NCBI RefSeq assembly: GCF_001949145.1
Contig: NW_019091358.1
Span: 1,116,961 to 1,180,960, forward strand
DNA: 64,000 bases
From: Acanthaster planci
Taxonomy: Eukaryota
Direction: 5' to 3'
Below the pieces are notes generated by a model that saw only the letters and a list, made by a program, of their open reading frames with translations, did no database searches and had not been told where the DNA came from. A program made the translations under genes and the position numbers. Of the stretch, positions 23,901-35,900 are shown one piece after another. Within the stretch, counting starts at the first letter, position 1. Each line of letters begins with the position of its first letter.

Positions 23901-26900
23901 GACACTCATCTCCTCCATGTGCGAGATCCAGCGCAAGGAGGCCCTGGCCAACACGCTGCCGGGCGTCTTCATACCCCAGTGCCAGGAGGATGGGTCCTTT
24001 GTCCCCAAGCAGTGCTATGAGCTGATTGGTCAGTGCTGGTGTGTACACCAGGACGGCGTGGAGCAAGGAGGAACGAGAGCCCTCATTAATGAGCCTCTGG
24101 ACTGCCAAGGTGAGACAAGACAGGGGCAAAAGATGTAAATCTCGACAGTGTTGCGACCATTACTTCTCCTCATAAGAAATTAAAAATTTATACTTTATTT
24201 ATATTTATAAATCGGGGGTAGTGTTAGTGTTGAATCTTTGTTTGGCATCATTCAATGATGAGAGTTGTCAAGTTCTGACAAATCAGTCACTGTAATCAAT
24301 CACATGTCAAATAGTTTTTTCAATGTCAATTCAGTAACCATTCATCGTGAACTCTCCAGCCGTTGATTGATGCGTCACACATTGGACAGAATATCCGCAT
24401 GTCCATCTTAGCAGCTACCTCTGTTGATGAGCTAGAGGTACCCTGCCAACAGTGTCCATGCTTCCTGTTTGTTATCACACCATTACGTGCCAATTTTCTT
24501 GGGTAGACATTTGCAGCATGCCAGAGTTCAGAGGTCAGTGTCCAGACAACATCCAGAAGTGGTACTTCAACACCGAGGCTGGCGTGTGTGAGACTTTCAC
24601 CTACAGTGGTTGTCAAGGCAACCTGAACCAGTTCGATGACCAGGCGACGTGCGAGCAGACATGTGTCACCCCAGGTGAGAAGATCACAAACCTGTCAAGT
24701 TTTTGCTGAAGCGAGAGTAAGCACACTGGATTTTGCCCACTACCAATTGGATGTACATGTAAACCAAGAAGCAAGGTATATTCAGTACTGTCTGAAAGCT
24801 TGTGAGAAGACAATTTTCGGAAAGAAGAAATTTTCACAAGGTTCTTGTGCCTTTGATCCGGCACTCGCTTACTACCATAGTGTAACTAGGGAGAAATGGC
24901 CAGGGGGGCACCCAAGGGTGCATTCATTATTTTGGGGGAGCCAATGAGCTACAGCTTGTACAGGGGTGTTCGTCAACATTTTAAGGGGGGAGGGTGGGTG
25001 GGTACCCACGGGGCATGGATCTGTTTTGGGGAGGCGTTTGTGCATCCCCATAGGTACACCACTGGCTCACTAGTGACAGAGTTGAAGTCAAGTGTTGTCT
25101 GAGTACTATCAGATTGCTTATTACGGTTGCGCTGTTCGGAGGCCAGATGATGAGTACAAAAGAAATTAATTTGGTCTGTCAGAAGCCGGTGGTTGGCTGC
25201 TCAGCTTGTTTTGGATATTCCAGGAAATTTTTTGTGAGGCAATCTCATTCAGTTTCTTCTGTCCGTCCACAGAGCCAACGTCCTGCCCAGAGAAGCGGAA
25301 GACCGCGTTGGCCCGCGGCCTCTTGGGCGAGTTCGTCCCCCAGTGCACCGAGGATGGCCTCTACGCCTCCAAGCAGTGCCACAGCAGCATTGGACACTGC
25401 TGGTGCGTGGATGAGGAAGGCATGGAGCTGGGTGCGACGCGACGTGGCCCAGGAGAGGAAATGCTGGATTGTGATGGTGAGTCGCAGTTGTGTGGGATAT
25501 GCGGCCCGGTGGTTAGGGTTTGTAGCTTCTAATCGCAAGGTCGGGGGTCGAAAGCCCGCAGTTGCACCTGCCAGGATTTGAAGCCCCAACATGCTATGGC
25601 CTTGGGCAAGTCACTTCACCCTTTTCCTCCACCCTGGAGTAAATGGACACCTTTGAGGCCAGATATGGTCACTTGTTATGCCTTGTTTGTGCCTGAAATA
25701 CATATAGTAGCATTGGGCTCGTATGTTCCCCAGGGAGCTGAGATGATATGAGGAACAGTGAAGAGGGATTATGATAAAATGTCGGCACCTATAAATGACC
25801 ATGTGAACGATACTGTCAGATACTGTGCTCCTTACAAATGCCATGCAGAAAGGTAAGGATTTCAGGAATGTGGGGAAAGCATTGGATACAAGTTCACTTG
25901 ATAATCATCTGCTTTTCAAATTATGTAGCTGAAATAAGTGCCCTTTTACGGTCGAACAAAAAACGTCCCAAGTTCACAGAATTCATCTTTAACCCCTTCA
26001 CACCGGGAGGTGGCTATAGCCCGCCGTAAAAATTGAGATCCTCAGCCCGCTTTTCAGCTATTATTCTCGGCCCACGCTCGAGCGAACACGGTGAAAGAAG
26101 GCAGACCCTGGCTCTTGTGTATATGTTAATTGGTCTTTGTGTCTAGCCCAGAAATGAAAAGACCGATTTTGCATCATAATCACTAGCTTCACAATAGTCC
26201 CCACTTTGAAAAGAGGCAATGGGAATGTGGAAGCTTGAGTAGAGCTGCATGCCACCAAACAATCAGCCTTTTCACCGTGTAATTCAAAGCGTGCAGAGCA
26301 CGCTGGGACTTAAACCGAGAATTTGCAGTTTGGCAGGTGGCCTTCGTGGCCAAGCGAGGCTGGAATTCCTGGAGTCGGCTTTCGGAAAGAAATTCCAGCC
26401 GAGAAGGGGTTAAAACCCTAAACTTATGTAGTTGTTTTTATCTTTATTTTTGAAACGAGAGCAGACCAATGTTTCTTGTAGCTCTCAGTTTTTAGACCTT
26501 CATGAGATTATTTTTTTTTACTTTCCGATTTATTGACAAAAAAGTGATTTTCTTTGGGAATTTTTTGTTTTGTTCAGATGCGTGTAGTCTGCCCAAGTTC
26601 AGTGGTCCTTGCAAAGGGTCCAGTGCCATGTGGTACTATGACGTCATTACCGAGAGGTGTAAACCCTTCAACTATGGAGGTTGCCAAGGCAACGGCAATC
26701 GATTTGAGACGGAGGCAGAGTGCCAGACGACGTGCTACATTCCAGGTAGATACGATCCCAGGCACGCGTTAGGTTGCTTCAGTCACTGCCACTAGCATTC
26801 CCTCCACTCATTTATGGATTGCTCTCTTCGGTTTTGGTATATCGGCTTGATGATGTAGCAATGTGGAATGCAAATGAAGATATGGAAATAGCTGGATTAA

Positions 26901-29900
26901 AGCCGTCCTAACTATCAAGAGGTCTTTTCACTCTACAATCTCTCTACCCGGGTTGACCTCGGCCCGGAGTGAACCCATTACCGCCCTGGGTTGAAAATTT
27001 GGTTTTTCAACCCTGCATTCAACCCAGCATTGTTTCTCACTTGTTCCACAATTTCCAACCCGGGCTGAAAAATCTCAACCCTAGTCTGGAGCAGGGTTGA
27101 GTTCAACCGGAATTGAAATCAATCGCTGGGTCGGCGCAGGGTTGGAAGTTTTCAAGTGTGAATTGTCTAGTTTTCAATCCTGCGTCAACCCCAAGTGTGA
27201 AAAGGCCTAAATTTTCCTTAGTTTGTGTACAAGGTATAGTGTTGTTACAGTGTCTTCATGAGTCCATTTGTAACTTTGTCCCTCATTACTTTCCAATATA
27301 ATATTTCACTCAAGTTTTTTTATTTCAGTCAAATATACAAAGGTTTTCTCATCAGTTAAATGTCAATAACTTGCATTTTTTCAAAATTTTATGTGTGAAA
27401 AAGGATTCACATTTCTAAAAGAATGTATTTTATTGTAAGTGAACTATGTAACTGAGGTAATGGAGTCAAGAAATTTTTTCTTCTTTTTTTCACTGTTTCC
27501 TCATATCATTAGAGGTCACAGGCCGACCTCCGACGACCTGCGAGATTCAGAGGGAGGAAGCCCTGACTAGCCCTCGCCTGGATGCATTTATCCCGCAGTG
27601 CACCAGTGACGGGGCGTTTGAGGCCCGCCAGTGCTACGATCTAATCAGCCAGTGTTGGTGCGTGAATGAAAATGGAGAAGCTCAGGGTGGTACCCGGACC
27701 AGGCGTGGCCAGGTACCCCTGGACTGTAACGGTAAGCATCTTGCCTTTCAAGGGGTCTTCTGGGACCCAGTATCGGCCTTGAGCAGAAGCACCCCCTCAT
27801 CGGTTGAAACGAGCCGTGTTGGCCGGGAGTGTCTATTTGGTTGGTAGCGATGCAACTACGACAACCATTGTCGTTCGTGAATCAACGATGCGCAGTCAAT
27901 ACCAAACGAACTTCCGTTGCTAAGGAAATAGCACCCTCCCATTGTGGAGTAGTGAAATCGTTATCGAAGTGCATATCTGAGTTACTGTTTAAATGCAAAG
28001 AAAATGTGGTACAGTAATCAAGTGAAAGTAGCAGGACTTCGTTGACTGCAATCTAAAAGAGCAACTGAGTGTTTGGACGTGGGTTTTGATGAATATGTGT
28101 CAGAAATGCACACATTTGCAGTGGACTGAAGACATAAAAGTCTGTCCATGCTTCGGGTGAACACGAACACAAAGTGAACTTGGATACATGTCCCTAAACA
28201 TTTACTACGAAGTTCACTTGAGTGGAACTGTTGCGAATTCAAAACAAGAAAACTTGATCTGACTTAACAAAGTTACGTCGTATGAAGAATAAACCGAAAC
28301 AAACAATGAATCAGTCTAAGTCCTTTCGCAAATTTGGCATATCTTTTAAAGTAACCACTCCAACTGTTCAAACTATTTTAACTATTCTGCAGTTCTGCTT
28401 CTGGCAGTAAACAGACAGAAATCTGAACCACCATTAATCAAGTAATCAGTGTCCTTTTAATGCAGTAAACTTGATGTCTAAACCCCTGTCTCCACATTGT
28501 GTCTTGCAGACAAGTGTTCTTTCCCCAAGTTTGTCGGACCATGCCGCGGCAATTTCCCCAAGTGGTTCTACAACATGGAGACCATGTCTTGCGAGGAGTT
28601 TACCTACGGCGGTTGTGGAGGCAACATGAACCAGTTCAACAGCCAGGAAGAGTGCCAGCAGGCCTGTCTACCCCAAGGTATGTAAGGAGGGGATGGAAAT
28701 ACTGCAGGGAGGGGTGATTACTGAGGTCCAGGACGTGACTTTTACTTTGAAACTTGTTTTGTGCTCTCTCTGTCTCTTTTTGGTTACTCTGTAACTCAGG
28801 TGTGTTTTGGCAACCCAAACTATAAGCATATTTCAGTTTTGGTCGTTGGGTTAGCATTTTGCCAATTTGATTGTGCCTGTGTGACGTCATTGTTCCAACC
28901 AAATGAGACCCAAAGGGTACTTTGACTAGAATTTTAAAAGAGAGAGAAGTAGCATTTATAAACTTGCCGAATATTCAGTGAAATTCATGTTTGTAAAGAA
29001 AAACTCATCAGCTACCTTGTACCGGTACTTTACCTCTCAGGGATAACATTACCATTTGGTGTTCAAGTGTTTGCGGGCCACGCTAAACATGTTCCTGGTT
29101 ATTACCTTGACGTCGTAAACATATTTCTGGTTAGGAGATGCCAAAACACGCCCCTGCAAAATGAGGGCGCTGTTGCCATGAGATCATTAGAGGTTGCCAT
29201 TGACCATATTAGCTCTTCAGTTACTATCATGCATGTAATTGTCATTCAGTTCACTGTGGTTGTATCAGACGCACCGTTCTCAGTGTCTTCTGGTTGAATC
29301 TTTGCCCAAAGGTCCCGAGATGCAGTCTTGCCAAATGCAGAGGGAAGAGGCCCTGGCCAATGTGCGGCCCGGCCAGTATGTGCCGCGGTGCACTGAGGAT
29401 GGCTGGTTCATGCCCCAGCAGTGTCATGAGAGTACAGGGCAGTGTTGGTGCGTCACCGAGACCGGGATGGAGCAGGGGGAGACCCGACGGGAACCGGGGA
29501 TGCCGCTGCTGGATTGTGAAGGTAGGAATGGAGATCAAATGGACACGTGGATGTTGCCTCTTAAGGATGCTTGGCATTATGCAGGCATGGAGCTGTTTTT
29601 GTCGTTTTAACTTTGTCTTTTATGCCAATTCAGAGTAAACAATACCGTACAAATGTTTGAGGAGTTAATGATTTCTGTGTTACTCTGATCCCCTTTTTAT
29701 ACTTTTCGTTGTGAAGTCAGAGCTTAAAGTTTACCCAGAAAAGCCACTTGCTTCCGTTCACAGCTGGGAAGGAGTCGTTTCCCCTGTGTTTCTTCATGGA
29801 GACATTAGTGCTGGGATTATCTACAGTGGTCTATCCTAGCATGTTACCCTAAATGGTCTGAGAGCAAGCTCTTTGTTCTCATCAGGGTTGGGGGAAACTT

Positions 29901-32900
29901 AGTCCTTCACTGCCCCCTGCTTCAGCAGTTTGACGTTTTGTAACAACGGTGCTGTGACTTCCCGTGAAATCAGTGACTGAATGTGAGCACATCATTTACC
30001 AAGGCTGAGTGCAAATCAAATGTACCAGTGAGATTGGCTATTTTAGGGTAGATATACCTCTGCACAGAGCTCCATGGTCACTAATTTTGCTGTTAAACAC
30101 ATGCATGGTATCTGCTGCACACAGGTACAAGAGATGGCAGTTTTGTACGTGGCAACAATGTCCCATATGCGTATGGGTTCATGCACACTCGGTGCTAGCA
30201 ATGCTATGTACATGACCAATGGCTGTTGAAGTGGACAGCCTTTACATATGCACCAAGTCAATCTCCACCGTCTCCCCTTTACTAATAAGGGGGTATTTCT
30301 CCCCTGAGAGAATTCTGATTTACAGTCTCTGCCTCTTCACACAGATGTTTGCAGTTTTCCCCAGGCCACCGGCCCGTGCCTGGGCTACTTTGCCATGTGG
30401 TACTACGACACTGAAGAGCAGGCCTGCCGGCGGTTCATCTACGGTGGTTGCCAAGGCAACGGCAACCGCTTTGAAAGCCGAGCGGAATGTGAGCAGTCCT
30501 GCGTGGTCCAAGGTACTGAAAACTTTAATCAACTCCGTTCTTTTGGCTTTGATCTTATACTGGGACTTAAGAACCGGAATGATAAGGTAACTTAAACCCG
30601 TAACATCAGTCTGAGGTGGCCCAACATTGTTAAAATGATCAATGTGGTGGGGATCCCTTTGTAAGCAGGAATAGCGCTTTGCCATTGTAAATTGACCCAT
30701 GAACTGATGACGATGTACGTTGTTGTTTACATGTGCACTTTCCTGTGAAGCGGTTTGGGAATAACAGTCCACTGAGCTCTGTAGGAAAGCACATACATAT
30801 TAACAAAGTATGGTATCAACAGTACAGAGGTCTGTATAACGGTTTTGCCCGTACCCAACGTATGTTAATAAAATACATCTTGAAAGTACAGAGGTCTGTT
30901 GATTCCTTGGTTCAATCTGTTAGTTCGCGCCTACCAAGTACCAAGGCAGTTAGCCGATCTTGCTTCATTAGAATTGGATGATTTTTGTAACAGCCCATAG
31001 ACTAGGTCTCAAGCATAAAATGACATTCTACTTTGCTCAGCACTCAACCGTTTGTGACGTGAATTGACACCTGGGTAGAATTGCAGAGGGAATCATTTGA
31101 GTGAGTTCTGTCTGCTGTCGCTCACTAGACAAATAATTTTCAGTGACTTCACGACCAGTTTTGTCATGTCGTATGCATCTCCACCTCTCAATCCATCGCA
31201 CACCACAGTAACCACAACCTCCGAGCCCGTCTCCCTCTGCCTGGTGACCAGACAGAACGCCCAGTCCCAGAACGTGATTGGCAACTTCATCCCGCAGTGC
31301 ACGGAAGAGGGCCTCTTTGTCCGGAGGCAGTGCCATGGCAGCACCGGCTATTGCTGGTGCGTGGACGAGATGACCGGGGAGGAGATTGTGACCAGGGTGC
31401 CCAAGGACCCGAGGGCCCGGCCAGATTGCGACGGTGAGGGTTTTTTCCCACTTTCATCAGTTCCCATATTGCTATCTTGTCCGAGAATGGTATGTCTGAA
31501 AATTCTATTGGAGCTAATAAGAAGCTTATGACTATTACATTTACCCATTTTAAAGTGTTTGGGAGTCCATCGCTGGTACCTGCAAGTCCACCACAAGTCA
31601 TTCCATCTTAAGCCAAGTCACAGGCTGTTGGAATGAGCTGCGATAAAAGCATTCTGCTGTTAACATTCACCTTGCTACTTATGACTGGTCTTGGAAAGAA
31701 CTTGTGATGAACTTGACTTCAGCACAGGCTTTTCAGATGGAACTCTTCTCATTTTAGAATCAAGGCATCATACCTGTCGGTCATTGATAGCCAAATCAGA
31801 CACAGTAACATCCAGTCACCAGTGCACATCTGTTCCCCCATTGGGCCTGTGAATGACCAGAAGAGGGTCCCCTGGTCACATAGACTTGCCCTAGTGACCT
31901 CACTGCTGGTCAGTAGACTTGGCCACAAATGCACATCAACTTTTAGAAATTAGTATGGCTAATTTTAACAAAAGAACGATTGTTTGATACTTTTCCCAAC
32001 TTAGTCTACTACCGGAATGACACAGTCCGGATTGGTGAGCCCAGTAATACCACCCAGCCGACGGACAGGGTGACGCTGAGCCCCAGCCACCCGTTGGGTG
32101 ACGAAGGCTGTGCTACGTCCACCTTTGGCTGCTGTCCAGATGGCGTCACCCAGGCCAGCAGGGAAGACCATCTCGGCTGTCCAGGTGAGCTTCTCTGGCC
32201 TTGGTCATGTATCACCAGGTCACGTCTGCTTTTATACTGTCTCAGTGACACTCGTGGGTGTCACAAGGGAGGGGGGGGCACTTGACCCCTCCCTTAATAA
32301 TTGAGAAAAAAAAGGAAACTTAAAAAGCAAAATAAAAGAAATGAAAAAAAGTGGTGGGAGGGGATGAAAACCCCCAGTTTACTTTTTTCAAAAAACGTAG
32401 AAATTGACCACCTTCCCTCTGTTAATGGTTTGTTGCTGATGAGCGCTTTGAGCCCCCCCCCTGTAATCCTGGCGACGCCCATGGCAACACTAACAGCTGG
32501 CATTATGGAACAATTAAGATGAACCATGTTGACCATTAGAGTACAGTATGATGTTAAGATCTTACTCTCCACTTTGTCCACAGTTTGAAAACTCAAAAAA
32601 CATCAGGAACTGGTTCCAGTAATTATACCGTTTTTAATTTCTGATATTTCAAATTTGATATTTTAAGACATTGGTTTTAACTTGCAGTTAAGAATAATAC
32701 CCTCAGGTCAACTCCAGTTGACAGGGAACGTGTATGTATTAGCCACAACAGTTCAGCTTTATAGTATCCAGTCATCACAGTAATGTTTAAAAGATCTGCT
32801 GGTTGCAGCAAAACTAACAGCTTCTTTAGTAAGTGAAGTTTAATTGCGGGGGAGCCCCAAAACTCCACCATTCACTTCAGCTTCTTGAGGTAAAGTGTGC

Positions 32901-35900
32901 ACTTTTGTGTCGCAAAGGCCTAGAGAGCTACCACTGGTCAACTACAGGGTTTGTAGGGGCTACCTGGTGCGAGCAACAAGATTGATGTCAGAGCTGCTCA
33001 AATAACATGAGTTAGCTCAGGTCAAGGTGTGAAGCATGTTGAACAGACGCAAATTTTAGCAGCAGAAGGTGACGCACTTCTCTCATAACCAATACTCCAC
33101 ATGTAGGCATCACCCCAGCAATGGTGGAAGTGGCCCCCTCAGACTCCACGGTGGTATTGGGCGGCACCCTGACGATAGCCTGCCGCGCCCAGGGCAGCCC
33201 CACCCCGACTGTCACCTGGCATCGCGAGGACGCGAATGTGGAGGATGGCAGGGACAGCAGAATCAGTGTGAGCGAGGACGGCACGTTGGTCATCGAGGAC
33301 GTGGTGGAGGCAGATTCTGGCCTGTACGTCTGCAGGGCCTCCAATGGCGTCGGGCAGGCCGCTAAAGTTGCAGTGGATGTCAACGTTTTCAGTGAGTATA
33401 TTTGGTCTGCACATGAACACATGTGGGCAGTATATATGGCTCACGAAACCGCAGAGCCTAGCAGCGCTGCTCAAATGCCGAAGGGGTTGGTCTATACAAA
33501 TCTTTCTCATGCTGCCTGTTGTTCTTGTGGATGGCCTGAGTTTGCAGAAATAGCATTCTTAGTTGCTGCAACAAAATGTACGTTTGTCCCATTAATTCCT
33601 ACAGAGGAGACAATCATTCAATATTGTTGTAGCATGTATTATTTGATTTTTTTGGTAGCTGCATGAGAATTTCTTAGTACTCCTGGAGTATTTTGTTGCT
33701 TTTGTATTGATGACTAGCTATAGTTTACCGGCCACTGATCGGCCGAGAAAAAAGCCAGCTGTGATAGAAAGACAGAGGTCTGTACAAAGCCAAAGAGTAT
33801 GGACAATAAATACTGCATGCTTTTATGATACGCTTCAAAATCACTGAGAAACTTGACTCTGTCGTATGGTAAAAGAAAAAAAGGTAAAGGTTAGTACAAA
33901 ACGTCAGGTCAGTATCTGATACTTGGTTACCCCAATGGAATGGGTTTCTTCAGGCCTGAAGAGCTTTTCTTAACTGTGAGCGTCCTTGATCTGAGGAGTT
34001 TCTCACAATCCAGCTCGAAACCTCAAGATTTGAGGCCTTAGCTTCATTAATTTTGGCCCCTGACTTGTATTCCAACAGTCAGTGCTTGCTAGTTGATATT
34101 TACGCCCAAAGGCAAGGCTACAGAACAAACTAAATTTAAAAAGTCAACTAGAGCTGAGAAAGTAACTTTGGGACTCTATCCTTTGATAGCGCCGGTGCAA
34201 ATTCCTGAGACTAGCCAGCTCTCGGTGCGGGCTAAGGAGGGAGACGTGGTGGAGCTCCACTGCCGGGCTACAGGGAACCCCAAGCCAGTAGTGACCTGGG
34301 AGCGAGGTGTGGTCTTCCTGCCTGACAACGACCCCCGCATGTCACAGCTGGAAGACGACACACTGCGCATTGAGAATGTGGAGCTGGGTGACTCGGGCAA
34401 CTACGTTTGCACGGGACGCAACATGTTCGGCACAGTGCAAAAGAAGACCATCACGCTGACTGTCGAAGGTAAACCTACAGTGTTACTTCTGTATTTTCAA
34501 CTTGAGTTTTGCCGCTCACAGATATGTGTGACCCACTCTGCAAAAAAGGGTACCAAGTCGCACAATGCCAAAACACGTAATGGCCTGTTCTATTTGGAGA
34601 AGGCAAAATTTCTTCAAAAACGTGATTTTGTGTTTTTTCCTTTAATAGCTTCTATAATATTTGTATTTTCAGAATTTGTGACTACAAACATCGATACTGA
34701 TAAATTGATCATTCAGTAAGAAATCCTTTAAAGCATTGTGTTTCCAAGGGCAACACTTTTATTGAATCCGAAAATGTGGATGTACAAATGTCTATATATA
34801 TCCAGAATGCAGCCCTCTACAGGGGTCATTCATGTATCAAATTGTAGCTTCTGAAGTACAGAATCCAGCCATATCAAAAACTCATAACCTGAATCTGGCG
34901 ACTTATTACCCATTTTTCTAGAGCTGGTTTCACATATGTATAGTACCGTATACTCGGCGTTTTATGTGAAACAATTCACAAGCTCACTCGGATGAGACAT
35001 GAAACCACAATCCAAGAGGCCCCAGTTGCACATTTCCATCATAGCATTTTGGTATCTTACAGCCGAGGTGCACATTGTGAATATTCCCTACGATGTCACG
35101 GCCGAGGTAGGGGCCACCGTTAGGCTGGCTTGCGGCAGCACCGGCTCCCCCAAACCCACCACGCGATGGACGGTCAACAACGTGGGCCTGCCTCCCATGG
35201 ATCGGTTTGAGTTACTGCCCACAGGGGATCTGATCATCAACGGTAGGTTGAAAGGGGGGGGGTTTGTCGAGGTGTGTTGGGTTTGTTAACCACTTAGCGC
35301 TGGGGAGCCCGGTTTCAGGTACCTTGGGTTTGTACACATAGCCGGGGTACCCGAAATCGGACAAAAGACCGCACTTAAAAGACTGAGCTGCTGGGAATTG
35401 CCAACATTTTTTCAGTTGTCAATAGCTCAGGAAATCCGTCTTGTTTTGAAAGATTATACCACTGTTTGTGGCATTCAGCTTGACCAGATTACCACCGGGG
35501 ACAAAAGCACTCCAGTGATGAGCAATACAATACCGCTGCATGCTAATCTGGCCCATATTGAAAAGACGTCAGCAGCACACTGTGCTAGTTTCAGGAACAA
35601 AAGAAACTTTAATATGTAACACCACACCATCTGGGCTCTTTTTACAAGGCGGCAGGCCTGGCTGAAATACTCAGACATCAATAGATGTTGCTTGTCAAAT
35701 TAGAGTAGCCACCAGACAGTCATTCATGTGGGTGTAAACGTCCAGTAAACAAAGTAATTAATTTTTTAAAGAATTTTGAAAACAGAAAATCTTTTAAAAC
35801 GCCCGTATGTGTGCACGGCTATTTTAACCACTTTCTGCCAGGGATTCCGGTACCGAACACGTATGCTTTATATTCGTGGCTGGGGTCTCCCAACTCGGAC

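Noticed and set aside
23520..24129. Minus-strand Val/Gly/Ala/Asp-rich ORFs
   Set aside because: Antisense shadow of the S/T/P-rich papilin exon.
16681..31433. Separate thyroglobulin-, nidogen-, SMOC- or equistatin-like gene nested in papilin
   Set aside because: No start, signal peptide or stop of its own; TY exons interleave with Kunitz exons on the same strand and in the same phase.
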